From Thermoanaerobaculia bacterium (GTDB taxonomy: Bacteria; Acidobacteriota; Thermoanaerobaculia; Multivoradales; UBA5704): a DNA stretch of 64,000 nt. The notes beneath the pieces were generated by a model that worked only from the letters and a program-made list of their open reading frames with translations, had not been told where the DNA came from and did no database searches. The DNA lies in NCBI GenBank assembly GCA_035536455.1, contig DATLOC010000053.1:61095-125094 (forward strand), in the 5' to 3' direction. This document shows positions 37,170 to 49,639 of the stretch, one piece after another (within the stretch, counting starts at the first letter, position 1; each line of letters begins with the position of its first letter). A program made the translations under genes and the position numbers.

Positions 37170-37817
37170 ATGCAGATCTTCCACCGCAGCACGAACACCA
37201 TCGCGAAGGTCAGCATCTTCGGGGCGGTCGCCTTCCTCGCGGTGCTGCTCTGGCTCTGGTCGACGCTGCTGCGCTCCGCCTACGCCACCGGCCAGGGCGT
37301 CATCCAGAAGCAGCCCGTCCCCTTCAGCCACGACCACCACGTCGCCGGTCTCGGCATCGACTGCCGCTACTGCCACACCACGGTCGAGAAGTCGGCCTTC
37401 GCCGGCATCCCGCCGACCGAGACCTGCATGAACTGCCACCGGCAGATCTGGACCAACGCGGATCTCCTCGAGCCGGTGCGCGAGAGCTACCGCAGCGGCA
37501 CGCCGATCGTCTGGAACCGGGTCAACGACCTCCCCGACTACGTCTACTTCAACCACGCCATCCACGTCGCCAAGGGGGTCGGCTGCGCCGAGTGCCACGG
37601 CCAGGTGGACGAGATGCCGCTGATGCGGCAGACGGCGTCGCTGCAGATGGAGTGGTGCCTGGACTGCCACCGCGACCCGGGCAAGCGCCTGCGCCCGCGC
37701 GAGGAGGTCTTCAACATGAAGTGGCGGCGGCCGGCGGACTTCGAGGCGATGCAGGCGCGGCTGGTCGAGGAGTACGACGTCAAGAGCCTCACGAGCTGCT
37801 CGGTCTGCCACCGCTAG
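37170..37817 (+). CDS. actA: alternative complex III subunit ActA (pentahaem cytochrome c)
   Basis: N-terminal TM helix plus five CxxCH motifs (CRYCH, CMNCH, CAECH, CLDCH, CSVCH). First gene of the act cluster. Confidence 0.9.
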   Translation: MQIFHRSTNTIAKVSIFGAVAFLAVLLWLWSTLLRSAYATGQGVIQKQPVPFSHDHHVAGLGIDCRYCHTTVEKSAFAGIPPTETCMNCHRQIWTNADLLEPVRESYRSGTPIVWNRVNDLPDYVYFNHAIHVAKGVGCAECHGQVDEMPLMRQTASLQMEWCLDCHRDPGKRLRPREEVFNMKWRRPADFEAMQARLVEEYDVKSLTSCSVCHR

Positions 37818-37824
37818 GAGACGA

Positions 37825-40800
37825 ATGACGAGCGACGGGCTGGTGCAAATAGGCGCGGGGGCGGGGCGGCTGGAGGTCGCGGAGGTCCGCCGCCGCCTGG
37901 CCGGCAAGCGCGGCCGCGACTTCTGGCGCAGCCTCGACGAGCTGGCCGCGACGCCGGAGTTCGAGGACCTGATGCACCGCGAGTTCCCGCGCCAGGCCTC
38001 GGAGTGGCTCGAAGACGACGGCCTCTCGCGCCGCCGCTTCCTCCAGCTCTCCGGCGCCTCGCTCGCCCTGGCGGGACTCACCGCCTGCACCAAGCAGCCG
38101 CCGGAGGCGATCGTCCCCTACGTGCGGCAGCCCGAGGAGGTCGTCCCCGGTCGGCCGCTCTTCTTCGCCACCGCGCTGACTCTCGCCGGCGTGGCGCGCG
38201 GCGTCCTCGCCGAGAGCCACCTCGGCCGCCCGACCAAGATCGAGGGCAACCCGCAGCACCCGGCGAGCCTCGGCGCCACCGACGCCTTCGCGCAGGCCGC
38301 CGTCCTCACCCTCTACGACCCGGAGCGCTCGCAGGCGATCGCGCGCGCCGGCCGCATCGGCACCTGGAGCGCCTTCGTGCAGGAGGTCGGGGCGCGCGCC
38401 CGCGCCCAGCAGGCGCTCGGCGGCGAAGGGCTGCGCTTCCTGACCGGCGCCGTCACCTCGCCGAGCCTCGCGGCGCTCTTCGCAGAGGTCGCCCGCGTCT
38501 TCCCCGCCGCCCGCTGGCACCGTTGGGAGCCGGCGGCGCCGCACCACGCCCGCGCCGCCGCGGCGCGCGCCTTCGGCAGCCCGCTCGAGCCGGTCTACGA
38601 CTTCACCCGCGCGCGGGTCGTGTTGACCCTCGACGCCGACCCGCTCTGCGAAGGCCCCGGCGCCGTGCGCTACGCCCGCGACTTCGCGTCCCGGCGCCGC
38701 CCGCGCGGCGGACAGCCGGAGATGAACCGGCTCTACGCCGTCGAGAGCTCGCCGACCTCGACCGGCACCCTCGCCGACCACCGGCTGGCGGTGCCGCCGG
38801 CGGAGGTGGAGGCCTTAGCGCTGGCGCTGGCGACGCGGCTCGGTGTCGCCGGCGCGGTTCCCGCGGCCGGCGCGCCGGCGCCCGCGCCGCGCGACCCGCG
38901 CCTCGCCCGATGGGTGGCGGCGGTGGCCGACGACCTGCGCGCCAACGCCGGCGCCTCGCTCGTCGTCGCCGGCGAGTACGCCCGCCCCGCGGTCCACGTC
39001 CTCGCCCACGCCATCAACCAGGCGCTCGGCAACGCCGGCGCCACGGTCACCTTCGCGCCGCCCGTCGAGGCGGCGCCGGTGGACCACCTCGCCTCGCTCG
39101 CCGAGCTGGTGCGCGACCTGCGCGCCGGCCGCGTCGAGACCCTCTTCGTCCTCGACAGCAACCCGGTCTACACCGCGCCCGCCGAGCTGGGCTTCGCCGC
39201 GGCGCTCGAGCGGGCGCCGCTGCGCGTCCACTCCGGCCTCTACTTCGACGAGACCGCGGAGCGCTGCCAGTGGCACGTGCCGGCGGCGCACGAGCTGGAG
39301 AGCTGGGGTGACGCCCGCGCCTACGACGGCACGGTCTCGCTCATCCAGCCGCTGATCGAGCCGCTCTACGGCGGCAAGACCCCGGCCGAGCTCCTCGCCG
39401 TCCTCCTCGGCCGCACCGACGCCACCGCCTACGAGCTGGTCCGCGAGCACTGGCAGACGCGGCTGCCCGGCGACTTCGAGGCCGCCTGGCGGCGCGCCCT
39501 CCACGACGGCGTCGTCGCGCTGCCCGCCACCGGCGCCGTCCCTGCGGCGCCCGCCTTCGCCGGCGGCGCCGCGGCCGAGGCGGCCGCCGGCATCGCCGGC
39601 CGCGCCGCCGAGGCGCGGGCCGCCGAGGGGGCGGACGAGCGCACCCTCGCCCTCTGCCTGCGCCCCGATCCCGGCGTCTACGACGGCCGCTTCGCCAACA
39701 ACGCCTGGCTGCAGGAGCTGCCCCGCCCGCTCACCAAGCTGACCTGGGAGAACGCGCTCCTCCTCGCCCCCGCCACCGCCGAAGCGCTCGGCATCGCCAA
39801 CGAGGACGTCGTCGAGATCGCCGCCGGCGCGCGCCGGCTGGAGGTGCCGGTCTGGGTCCTGCCCGGCCACGCGCCGGGCGCCGCCACCCTCCATCTCGGC
39901 TACGGCCGCACCCGCGCCGGCGCGGTCGGCTCCGGGATCGGGGCGAACGCTTACGCGCTGCGCACCTCAGACGCGCTCTGGAGCCTGCCGGTCACGGTGC
40001 GCAAGACCGGCGGCCGCCATCCGCTCGCCTGCACGCAGAACCACCACTCGCTCGACATGCCCGACGCCTACGAGGCCGCCGAGCGGCGCAAGCCGGTGCG
40101 CTCGGCGACCCTCGGCGAGCTCCGCGAGCGCCCGAACTTCCTGCACGAAGGGGAGCACGGCCCGGAACACCTGTCGCTCTACCCCGAGGATGAGTACCCG
40201 GGCTACGCCTGGGGGATGGCGATCGACCTCTCGTCGTGCACCGGTTGCAGCGCCTGCGTCGTCGCCTGCCAGTCGGAGAACAACATCCCGGTGGTCGGCA
40301 AAGAGGGAGTCGCGCGCGGCCGCGAGATGCACTGGCTGCGCATCGACCGCTACTTCGCCGGCGACCTCGACGACCCCGCGGTCCACAACCAGCCCCTTCT
40401 CTGCATGCACTGCGAGAAGGCGCCGTGCGAGGTGGTCTGCCCGGTGGCGGCCACCGTGCACAGCGACGAGGGGCTCAACGACATGGTCTACAACCGCTGC
40501 GTCGGCACCCGCTACTGCTCGCACAACTGCCCCTACAAGGTGCGGCGCTTCAACTTCCTCAAGTACAACGACGAGCGGACGCCGGTGCTGTCGCTCCTGC
40601 GCAACCCGGACGTGACGGTGCGCATGCGCGGGGTGATGGAGAAGTGCACCTACTGCGTGCAGCGCATCAACGCCGCGCGCATCGATTCCAAGGTCGAAGG
40701 CCGCAAGATCCGCGACGGCGAGATCGTCACCGCCTGCCAGCAGGTCTGCCCGACCCAGGCGATCGTCTTCGGCGACGTCAACGACCCGCAGTCGCAAGTC

Positions 40801-40956
40801 AGCCGCTGGAAGGCCGAGCCGCTCAACTACGGCCTCCTCGCCGAGCTCAACACGCAGCCGCGGACGACCTACTTGGCCAAGATCACCAACCCCAACCCGG
40901 CGCTGGCGCCGGCGGCGCCCGCCGCCGCCGCGGACGCCGAGGCGCACGGGAGCTGA
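37825..40956 (+). CDS. actB: alternative complex III subunit ActB (molybdopterin-oxidoreductase-like plus Fe-S domains)
   Basis: Tat signal SRRRFLQLSGASLALAGL. The N-half is molybdopterin-oxidoreductase-like. The C-half has ferredoxin clusters CTGCSACVVACQSENN, CMHCEKAPCEVVCP, CVGTRYCSHNCPYKVRRFN, CTYCVQRI..CQQVCP. Confidence 0.93.
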   Translation: MTSDGLVQIGAGAGRLEVAEVRRRLAGKRGRDFWRSLDELAATPEFEDLMHREFPRQASEWLEDDGLSRRRFLQLSGASLALAGLTACTKQPPEAIVPYVRQPEEVVPGRPLFFATALTLAGVARGVLAESHLGRPTKIEGNPQHPASLGATDAFAQAAVLTLYDPERSQAIARAGRIGTWSAFVQEVGARARAQQALGGEGLRFLTGAVTSPSLAALFAEVARVFPAARWHRWEPAAPHHARAAAARAFGSPLEPVYDFTRARVVLTLDADPLCEGPGAVRYARDFASRRRPRGGQPEMNRLYAVESSPTSTGTLADHRLAVPPAEVEALALALATRLGVAGAVPAAGAPAPAPRDPRLARWVAAVADDLRANAGASLVVAGEYARPAVHVLAHAINQALGNAGATVTFAPPVEAAPVDHLASLAELVRDLRAGRVETLFVLDSNPVYTAPAELGFAAALERAPLRVHSGLYFDETAERCQWHVPAAHELESWGDARAYDGTVSLIQPLIEPLYGGKTPAELLAVLLGRTDATAYELVREHWQTRLPGDFEAAWRRALHDGVVALPATGAVPAAPAFAGGAAAEAAAGIAGRAAEARAAEGADERTLALCLRPDPGVYDGRFANNAWLQELPRPLTKLTWENALLLAPATAEALGIANEDVVEIAAGARRLEVPVWVLPGHAPGAATLHLGYGRTRAGAVGSGIGANAYALRTSDALWSLPVTVRKTGGRHPLACTQNHHSLDMPDAYEAAERRKPVRSATLGELRERPNFLHEGEHGPEHLSLYPEDEYPGYAWGMAIDLSSCTGCSACVVACQSENNIPVVGKEGVARGREMHWLRIDRYFAGDLDDPAVHNQPLLCMHCEKAPCEVVCPVAATVHSDEGLNDMVYNRCVGTRYCSHNCPYKVRRFNFLKYNDERTPVLSLLRNPDVTVRMRGVMEKCTYCVQRINAARIDSKVEGRKIRDGEIVTACQQVCPTQAIVFGDVNDPQSQVSRWKAEPLNYGLLAELNTQPRTTYLAKITNPNPALAPAAPAAAADAEAHGS

Positions 40957-40958
40957 CG

Positions 40959-42360
<1,402 letters not shown>

Positions 42361-42368
<8 letters not shown>

Positions 42369-42900
42369 GCGCGGCGAGGTCTACGGCCTGATGGCCGAGT
42401 TCCACGCCCCGGCGGAGGTGCTGGCCGCGGCGCGGGCGGCGCGCGCCGCCGGCTACCGGCGGATGGACGCCTTCACCCCCTACCCGATGGAGGAGCTGTC
42501 GGAGGCGCTCGGGCACCACCACTCGCGGCTGCCGCTGATCGTGCTGGTCGGCGGCCTCCTCGGCGCGCTCGGCGGCTACGCCCTGCAGTATTGGGCGGCG
42601 GTCATCGAGTACCCGATGAACATCGGCGGCCGGCCGGTGCACTCCTGGCCGGCCTTCATCGTGCCGACCTTCGAGACCACGATCCTCTGCGCCGCGCTCT
42701 CGGCGGTGCTCGGCATGTTCGCGCTCAACGGCCTGCCGATGCCCTACCACCCGGTCTTCAACGCCCGCAACTTCGCGCTCGCCTCGCGCGACCGCTACTT
42801 CCTGCTCATCGAGGCCGGCGACCCGCACTTCGACCGCGCCGCCACCGAGCGCTTCCTCTGGACCCTGAGCCCGGCCGAGGTATCCGAAGTTGAACGGTAG
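42361..42900 (+). CDS. actD: alternative complex III subunit ActD (DUF3341)
   Basis: GLMAEFHAPAEVLAAARAARAAGYRRMDAFTPYPMEEL plus two TM helices. The 8-nt overlap with actC and its position in the cluster support the call. Confidence 0.85.
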
Positions 42901-43531
42901 GGTGCGCCTCCTCGCGGTCGCCTGCGTGTGCCTGGCCGCCGCCGGCTGCCGGCAGAACATGCACAACCAGGGGCGCTACGAGCCGCTGGAGGCGAGCCCG
43001 TTCTTCGCCGACGGCGCCTCGGCGCGGCCGCTGCCGGCCGGCACCGTGCCGCGCGGCCGGCTCGGCGCCGACCTCCCGGCCGCCACCGGCATCGCCGCCG
43101 ACGGCCGCTTCCTGGCGGCGCCGCCCTTCCCGCTCACCCGCATGGTGCTCGAGCGCGGGCGCGACCGCTTCGGGATCTTCTGCGCCCCCTGCCACGACCG
43201 CACCGGCAGCGGCCGCGGCATGATCGTGCGCCGCGGCTTCACCCAGCCGACCTCGTTCCACGACCCGCGGCTCAAGGGGTCGCCGGTGGGCTACTTCTAC
43301 AACGTCATGACCGAAGGCTACGGCGTCATGCCGAGCTACGCCGCGCAGGTGCCCGTGGCGGACCGCTGGGCGATCGCCGCCTACATCCAGGCTCTGCAGC
43401 TGGCGCAGGAGGCGCGCCTCGCCGATCTGCCGCCGGCGCTGCGCCGCGCCGCCGAGCGCGAGCTCGCTGCCCGCCCGGCCGCGCCCGGCGCGCCGGCCGC
43501 GCCCCCCGCGCCACCCGGAGAACACCCGTGA
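42890..43531 (+). CDS. actE: alternative complex III subunit ActE (monohaem cytochrome c lipoprotein)
   Basis: Lipobox LAAAGC, single CxxCH (CAPCH), and MPSYA distal-Met context. TTG 42890 or GTG 42902 start. Confidence 0.8.
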   Translation: MNGRVRLLAVACVCLAAAGCRQNMHNQGRYEPLEASPFFADGASARPLPAGTVPRGRLGADLPAATGIAADGRFLAAPPFPLTRMVLERGRDRFGIFCAPCHDRTGSGRGMIVRRGFTQPTSFHDPRLKGSPVGYFYNVMTEGYGVMPSYAAQVPVADRWAIAAYIQALQLAQEARLADLPPALRRAAERELAARPAAPGAPAAPPAPPGEHP

Positions 43532-44703
43532 TCGGCGACGCCCGCTACGCCGCTCCCGCGGCGCTCGACCAGGTGCAGCGGCGCGCCCTCATCGCCGGCG
43601 GCGCCGGGATCCTGCTCTGCGCCCTTGGCTTCTTCCTCGACCGGCCGGCCTTCTACCGCGCCTGGCTGGTGGGCTGGATCTACTGGCTGGGGATCGCGCT
43701 GGGGTGCCTGGCGATCATGATGCTCCACCACCTGACGCGCGGCGCCTGGGGCCTGGTGGCGCGGCGGGTGCTGGAGGCGGCGGGGCGGACGCTGCCGGTG
43801 CTCGCCCTGCTCTTCCTGCCGCTCCTCTTCGGCCTTCAGGAGCTCTACCCGTGGGCGCGGCCGGAGGCGAAGACGGACCACCTGCTGCAGGCCAAGGCGG
43901 CGTACCTGAACGTGCCGTTCTTCGTGGCACGGGCGGCGCTCTACTTCCTGATCTGGGGGGGCTTCGCCTTCGTCCTGTCCCGCCTCTCGCGCCGCCAGGA
44001 CGAGACCGGCGAGCTCTATCTCACCCGCCGCATGCAGCTCCTGGCCTCGGCCGGCATCGTCCTCTACTGCCTGGCCGCCAGCTTCGCCTCGGTGGACTGG
44101 CTGATGTCGCTCGAGCCGCACTGGTTCTCGACCATCTACGGCGTCTACTTCCTGGGCGGGCAGGGGATCTCAGCGCTCGCCTTCCTCATCGTCGTCGCCC
44201 TCTTCCTCTGGCGCCGCGAGCCGATGTCCGAGGTGCTCTCGCCCGGCCACTTCCACGACTGGGGGAAGCTCCTCCTCGCCTTCGTCATGCTCTGGACCTA
44301 CTTCTCCTTCTCCCAGTTCCTGATCATCTGGTCGGGCAACCTGCCGGAGGAGATCACCTGGTACGCCGCCCGCACCCGCGGCGGCTGGCAGTGGCTGGCG
44401 ATCGCCCTCGCCCTCTTCCACTTCGCGCTCCCCTTCGTGCTGCTGCTGTCGCGCGACCTGAAGCGCCGGCCGCAGCGGCTGGCGGCGGTGGCCGGCTGGA
44501 TGCTGGTGATGCGCTGGCTCGATCTGGTGTGGCAGGTGGAGCCGGCCTTCAGCCCCGAGCGCTTCACCTTCCATTGGCTGTATCTGGCGGCGCCGCTCGC
44601 CGTCGGCGGGCTCTGGGTCTGGGCCTGGGCGGCCGAGATCAAGAAGCGGCCGCTCCTGCCGCTGCGCGACCCCTGGCTGCCGGAGGCGCTCGCCCATGAC
44701 TGA
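43528..44703 (+). CDS. actF: alternative complex III subunit ActF (second NrfD-like membrane subunit)
   Basis: GTG 43528 overlaps the actE stop (GTGA). Polytopic membrane protein following actE, as in known act clusters. Confidence 0.85.
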   Translation: MIGDARYAAPAALDQVQRRALIAGGAGILLCALGFFLDRPAFYRAWLVGWIYWLGIALGCLAIMMLHHLTRGAWGLVARRVLEAAGRTLPVLALLFLPLLFGLQELYPWARPEAKTDHLLQAKAAYLNVPFFVARAALYFLIWGGFAFVLSRLSRRQDETGELYLTRRMQLLASAGIVLYCLAASFASVDWLMSLEPHWFSTIYGVYFLGGQGISALAFLIVVALFLWRREPMSEVLSPGHFHDWGKLLLAFVMLWTYFSFSQFLIIWSGNLPEEITWYAARTRGGWQWLAIALALFHFALPFVLLLSRDLKRRPQRLAAVAGWMLVMRWLDLVWQVEPAFSPERFTFHWLYLAAPLAVGGLWVWAWAAEIKKRPLLPLRDPWLPEALAHD

Positions 44704-45244
44704 GCGCGCGCGGCCGCACCCGGACCACGTCGAAGGCGCCGGCCCCGAGGGCTTCGACCAGGAGGTGGACCTGCGCGTCGTGACCTGGATCGGGGTCGCG
44801 CTGGCGGGGGCGACGGCGGTCGTGGCGCTCCTCATGTGGTGGCTGGTCGTCGGCTTCGAGCGCTTCGACGCGAAGCGCCAGCCGGCGGCGCCGCCGCTCG
44901 CCGAGGCGCGGCGGCAGGTGGCGCCGCCCGGGCCGCGCCTGCAGACGACCCCGGAGCGCGACCTCCGGGCGATGCGCGCCGAGGAGGACCATCGCCTCGC
45001 CGAGGCCGAGTGGGTGGACCGCGCCCGCGGCACGGCGCGCATCCCGATCGAGCTGGCGATGGAGGCGGTGGTGGCCGGCGTGAAGCCCGCCGCGAGCGGG
45101 ACGGCGGCGCAGCCGCCCGCCGGCACCGCGCCGCCGCCGGGCACCGGCGGCATCGGCGCTCCCGTCTCGCCGCAGCCGCTGGCCGACTCCGAGAGCCGAC
45201 GGCCGCCGCCGCAGACCACCGAAGAGGCGCCGCCGCCGCGATGA
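44696..45244 (+). CDS. single-pass membrane protein of the ACIII-oxidase operon (possible ActG-like accessory subunit)
   Basis: ATG 44696 overlaps the actF stop. One TM helix (VVTWIGVALAGATAVVALLMWWLVVGF) and a Pro/Ala-rich tail. Function is inferred from position only. Confidence 0.55.
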   Translation: MTERARPHPDHVEGAGPEGFDQEVDLRVVTWIGVALAGATAVVALLMWWLVVGFERFDAKRQPAAPPLAEARRQVAPPGPRLQTTPERDLRAMRAEEDHRLAEAEWVDRARGTARIPIELAMEAVVAGVKPAASGTAAQPPAGTAPPPGTGGIGAPVSPQPLADSESRRPPPQTTEEAPPPR

Positions 45245-46050
45245 CGCTCCGCCCGACGCTGGCTCTCCTGACCTGCCTCTTCCTGCTCGGAGCGGCCGGG
45301 GCGAAGGCCCAGTCGCGCTCGCCCGTCCTCCCCGACGTCGGCTTCGACCAGAACCTGGGCGCCAAGCTCCCGCTGGACCTCCCCTTCCGCGACGAAGCAG
45401 GCCGCGCCGTCCGCCTCGGCGACCTCTTCGGCCGCCGGCCGGTCGTCCTCGCCTTCGCCTACCACACCTGCCCGATGCTCTGCGGCCTGGTGCAGGAGGG
45501 GATCGCCAGCGCGCTCAAGCCCCTGGCGCTGGAGGCCGGCCGCGACTTCGACGTCGTCGTCGTCAGCATCGACCCGGCCGACACCCCCGAGCGCGCCGCC
45601 GCCGCCGAGCGCCGGGCGCTGGACCGTTACGGCCGCCGCGGCGCCGGCCAGACGCCGGCCGCCGGCTTCCACTACCTGACCGGGCGCGACCCGGCGATCA
45701 AGGCCCTCGCCGACGCCGCCGGCTTCCGCTACCGCCGGGTGCCCGAGCGCGGCGAGTACGCGCACGCCGCCGGCGTCGTCGTGGCGGCGCCGGACGGCAC
45801 CGTGGCGCGCTACCTCTTCGGCATCGAGCTGGCGCCGCGCGACCTCCGCCTGGCGCTCGTCGAGGCGGCGGAAGGCAAGATCGGCACCGCCGTCGACCAG
45901 ATCCTCCTCTACTGCTTTCACTACGACCCGGCGCTCGGCCGCTACAGCGCCGCGGTGATGAACCTGGTGCGCCTGGCCGGCGCCGCCACCGCCCTCGGCC
46001 TCGTCGGCTTCGTGCTGATCATGCGGCGGCGAGACACGGGGGGCGCCTGA
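45241..46050 (+). CDS. SCO1/SenC-family copper chaperone
   Basis: ATG 45241 overlaps the upstream stop (ATGA). Signal peptide present. CxxxC copper motif in YHTCPMLCG, plus a C-terminal TM helix. Confidence 0.85.
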   Translation: MTLRPTLALLTCLFLLGAAGAKAQSRSPVLPDVGFDQNLGAKLPLDLPFRDEAGRAVRLGDLFGRRPVVLAFAYHTCPMLCGLVQEGIASALKPLALEAGRDFDVVVVSIDPADTPERAAAAERRALDRYGRRGAGQTPAAGFHYLTGRDPAIKALADAAGFRYRRVPERGEYAHAAGVVVAAPDGTVARYLFGIELAPRDLRLALVEAAEGKIGTAVDQILLYCFHYDPALGRYSAAVMNLVRLAGAATALGLVGFVLIMRRRDTGGA

Positions 46051-47018
46051 TGCCGGAAGAGATCCCTCTCTTCCCCGAGGCAGCCTCCAGCCTCGCGCGC
46101 GAGGTCGACGCCCTCTTCGTCGCCTGGTCGCTGATCAGCGCCTTCTTCACCCTGCTGATCGCCGGCCTGATCGTCTTCTTCATGGTCAAGTACCGGCGGC
46201 GCGGCGAGCACGAGGTGGGGCTCGCCGAGCGGGCGCCGCTCTGGCTCGAAGCCGCCTGGTCGATCGTGCCGCTGGCCATCTGCCTGGTGATGTTCGGCTG
46301 GGGGGCGCGGGTCTTCTACAAGCTCTACCGGCCGCCGGCCGACGCCGTCGAGTACTGGGCGGTGGGCAAGCAGTGGATGTGGAAGTTCCAGCACCCGGCC
46401 GGCAACCGCGAGATCAACCGCCTGCGGGTGCCGGTGGGGCGGCCGGTGCGGCTGACCATGACCTCCGAGGACGTCATCCACAGCTTCTTCGTCCCCGAGT
46501 TCCGCACCAAGCAGGACGTGCTGCCGGGGCGCTACTCGTCGGTCTGGTTCCGCGCCACCAAGCCCGGCACCTACAAGCTCTTCTGCACCGAGTACTGCGG
46601 CGCCGAGCACTCGCAGATGATCGGCCAGGTCATCGCCCTGTCGCCGCAGGACTACGAGCAGTGGCTCGCCGGCGGCGTGCCCGGGCGCTCGATGACCGAG
46701 TCGGGCGCCGCGCTCTTCCAGACCCTGGCCTGCGACACCTGCCACCTGGCCGGCGCCGGCGGCCGCGCCCCGCGCGCCCCGGCCCTCGACGGCGTCTTCG
46801 GCAAACAGGTGGCCCTGGCCGGCGGCCAGGTGCTGATCGCCGACGAGAACTACCTGCGCGAGTCGATCCTGCAGCCGGCGGTCAAGGTGGTGGCGGGGTG
46901 GACGCCGATCATGCCGACCTACCAGGGGCAGGTCACGGAGGAGCAGTTGAACCAGCTCATCGCCTACATCAAGTCGCTCGGCGCGGCGACCGCCGCCGCG
47001 GGGACGGAGCCCGAATGA
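46050..47018 (+). CDS. coxB: cytochrome c oxidase subunit II with C-terminal cytochrome c domain (caa3 type)
   Basis: Two N-terminal TM helices. CuA motif [13 protein letters not shown]-terminal CxxCH (CDTCH). Confidence 0.92.
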   Translation: MPEEIPLFPEAASSLAREVDALFVAWSLISAFFTLLIAGLIVFFMVKYRRRGEHEVGLAERAPLWLEAAWSIVPLAICLVMFGWGARVFYKLYRPPADAVEYWAVGKQWMWKFQHPAGNREINRLRVPVGRPVRLTMTSEDVIHSFFVPEFRTKQDVLPGRYSSVWFRATKPGTYKLFCTEYCGAEHSQMIGQVIALSPQDYEQWLAGGVPGRSMTESGAALFQTLACDTCHLAGAGGRAPRAPALDGVFGKQVALAGGQVLIADENYLRESILQPAVKVVAGWTPIMPTYQGQVTEEQLNQLIAYIKSLGAATAAAGTEPE

Positions 47019-48685
47019 CGATGGAACCGACCCGCGATACCGCGCTGCCGATGCGCAACTACCTGAACGCCTCTTACGGCGTCCGCTCCTGGCTCTTCAC
47101 CCTCGACCACAAGCGGATCGCCATCCTCTACCTCTTCTCGATCACCCTCTTCTTCTTCCTGGGCGGCGTCTTCGCCACCCTGATCCGCCTCGAGCTGCTG
47201 ACCCCGCAGGGCGACCTGGTGCAGGCGGACACCTACAACCGCCTCTTCACCATGCACGGCGTGGTGATGGTCTTCTTCTTCCTGATCCCTTCGATCCCGG
47301 CGACCTTGGGCAACTTCTTCGTGCCGATCATGATCGGCGCCAAGGACCTCGCCTTCCCGCGCTTGAACCTGGCGAGCTGGTACGTCTACACGCTGGGCGG
47401 GCTCTTCACCCTCTGGGCGATCGTCCACGGCGGCGTCGACACCGGCTGGACCTTCTACACCCCGCTCTCGACCAAGTTCTCGAACAGCTACGTCGTCTCG
47501 ACGGCGCTCGGCATCTTCATCATCGGCTTCTCGTCCATCTTCACCGGCCTCAACTTCATCGTCACCATCCACCGCATGCGGGCGCCGGGGCTGACCTGGT
47601 TCCGGCTGCCGCTCTTCATCTGGTCGCAGTACGCGACCAGCCTGATCATCGTCCTGGGGACGCCGGTCATCGCGGTGACGGTCCTCATGGTGGCGCTCGA
47701 GCGGGTCCTCCACCTCGGCATCTTCGACCCGGCGCTGGGCGGCGATCCGGTCCTCTTCCAGCACCTCTTCTGGTTCTACTCCCACCCGGCGGTCTACATC
47801 ATGATCCTGCCGGCGATGGGGGTGATCAGCGAGCTGGTCGCCGCCTTCGCGCGCAAGCGCATCTTCGGCTACCGCTTCGTCGCCTACGCCTCGATCGGCC
47901 TGGCGGTGCTCGGCTTCCTGGTCTGGGGGCACCACCTCTTCGTCGCCGGCCAGTCGCTCTACGCGGCGACGGTCTTCTCGGTCCTCTCGATGCTTGTGGC
48001 GGTGCCCTCGGCGGTCAAGGTCTTCAACTGGACGGCGACGCTCTTCGAGGGCTCGATCTCCTACGAGACGCCGATGCTCTACGCCCTGGGCTTCATCGGC
48101 CTCTTCACGATCGGCGGGCTGACCGGGGTGATGCTCGCGACCCTGGGCATCGACGTCCACGTCCACGACACCTACTTCATCGTCGCCCACTTCCACTACA
48201 TCATGGTGGGCGGCGCGATCATGGGGTACCTGGGCGGCCTCCACTACTGGTGGCCGAAGATCGTCGGGCGACTCTACCCGGTGTTCCTCTCCCGCCTCGC
48301 GGCGCTGCTCGTCTTCGTCGGTTTCAACCTGACCTTCTTCCCGCAGTTCATCCTCGGCTACCTCGGCATGCCGCGCCGCTACTGGTCCTACCCGGACGAG
48401 TACCAGGTGCTCAACGTCCTCTCCACCGCCGGCGCCTCGATCCTGGCGGTCGGCTATGTCATCCCGATGTGCTACTTCCTCTGGTCGATGCGTTACGGCA
48501 AGGCGGCGAGCGCCAACCCCTGGGGGGTCGTCGGGCTGGAGTGGGAGATCACCTCGCCGCCGCCGCCGCACAACTTCGACGTCCAGCCGGTGATCACGCA
48601 CGGGCCTTACGACTACGGCGTCGGCTACCACGGTGCCTCCGAGGAGGAGCCGGAGCGGCGGCCGGGGGAGGCGCACGGTGGCTGA
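47015..48685 (+). CDS. coxA: cytochrome c oxidase subunit I
   Basis: ATG 47015 overlaps the coxB stop. [37 protein letters not shown] and [17 protein letters not shown] are haem-copper oxidase signatures. Confidence 0.95.
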   Translation: MTMEPTRDTALPMRNYLNASYGVRSWLFTLDHKRIAILYLFSITLFFFLGGVFATLIRLELLTPQGDLVQADTYNRLFTMHGVVMVFFFLIPSIPATLGNFFVPIMIGAKDLAFPRLNLASWYVYTLGGLFTLWAIVHGGVDTGWTFYTPLSTKFSNSYVVSTALGIFIIGFSSIFTGLNFIVTIHRMRAPGLTWFRLPLFIWSQYATSLIIVLGTPVIAVTVLMVALERVLHLGIFDPALGGDPVLFQHLFWFYSHPAVYIMILPAMGVISELVAAFARKRIFGYRFVAYASIGLAVLGFLVWGHHLFVAGQSLYAATVFSVLSMLVAVPSAVKVFNWTATLFEGSISYETPMLYALGFIGLFTIGGLTGVMLATLGIDVHVHDTYFIVAHFHYIMVGGAIMGYLGGLHYWWPKIVGRLYPVFLSRLAALLVFVGFNLTFFPQFILGYLGMPRRYWSYPDEYQVLNVLSTAGASILAVGYVIPMCYFLWSMRYGKAASANPWGVVGLEWEITSPPPPHNFDVQPVITHGPYDYGVGYHGASEEEPERRPGEAHGG

Positions 48686-49343
48686 TCACGCCCACGCCGG
48701 CGGCCACCCGGCGCTCGCCCACCACTTCGACTCGCTCGAGCAGCAGCGCGAGTCCTCGACCCTCGGGATGTGGCTCTTCCTGGTCACCGAGATCATGTTC
48801 TTCGGCGGCTTCTTCCTCGCCTACCTGGTCTACCGCGTGCAGTACCAGCAGGCTTTCTTCGCGGCCAGCCACCACCTCGACATCACGGCCGGCGCGATCA
48901 ACACGGTGGTGCTGATCGGCAGCAGCCTGACCATGGCGCTCGCCGTCTGGGCGTCGCAGGTCTCACGGCGGAAGCTGATCGTCGTCTTCCTCCTCGCCAC
49001 GATCGCCCTCGGCGGCGTCTTCCTGGGCATCAAGGCCTACGAGTACAACCACAAGTTCCACGACCACCTGGTCCCCGGCCCCGACTTCCGCTGGGAGGGG
49101 CCGCACGCGCGCCACGCCGAGATCTTCTTCAGCCTCTACTTCGGCATGACCGGCCTGCACGCCCTGCACATGGTGATCGGCATCGGCGTCCTCGCCGCGC
49201 TGCTGCGGCCGTCCTGGAAGGGGCGCTACACGGCCGAGTACAACAACCCGGTCGAGAACGTCGGGCTCTACTGGCACTTCGTGGACATCGTCTGGATCTT
49301 CCTCTTCCCGCTCCTCTACCTGATCGGACTGCACGCGCGATGA
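48678..49343 (+). CDS. coxC: cytochrome c oxidase subunit III
   Basis: GTG 48678 overlaps the coxA end. [32 protein letters not shown] and [15 protein letters not shown] are typical of subunit III. Confidence 0.9.
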   Translation: MADHAHAGGHPALAHHFDSLEQQRESSTLGMWLFLVTEIMFFGGFFLAYLVYRVQYQQAFFAASHHLDITAGAINTVVLIGSSLTMALAVWASQVSRRKLIVVFLLATIALGGVFLGIKAYEYNHKFHDHLVPGPDFRWEGPHARHAEIFFSLYFGMTGLHALHMVIGIGVLAALLRPSWKGRYTAEYNNPVENVGLYWHFVDIVWIFLFPLLYLIGLHAR

Positions 49344-49639
49344 GCGAGCAAGCCCACTCCCGGCGGCCCTACTACCTGGTCTTCGGCGCCCTCATGGTGC
49401 TGACCGCGCTGACCTACTGGGTGGCGACCCTCGACCTCGGGCCGCTCAACGACGTCGTGGCGCTGGGGATCGCGGTGACCAAGGCGGTGCTGGTCATCCT
49501 CATCTTCATGCACGTGCGCCACAGCACGCGGATGACCAAGCTGACGATCGCCGCCGGCTTCTTCTGGCTGGCCATCATGCTGGCGCTGACGCTGGCGGAC
49601 TACCTGACGCGGGGGATGACCGGCATCCCGGGCAAGTGA
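49340..49639 (+). CDS. cytochrome c oxidase subunit IV (bacterial caa3-type small subunit)
   Basis: ATG 49340 overlaps the coxC stop. 99 aa with three TM helices; [14 protein letters not shown] is typical. Confidence 0.8.
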   Translation: MSEQAHSRRPYYLVFGALMVLTALTYWVATLDLGPLNDVVALGIAVTKAVLVILIFMHVRHSTRMTKLTIAAGFFWLAIMLALTLADYLTRGMTGIPGK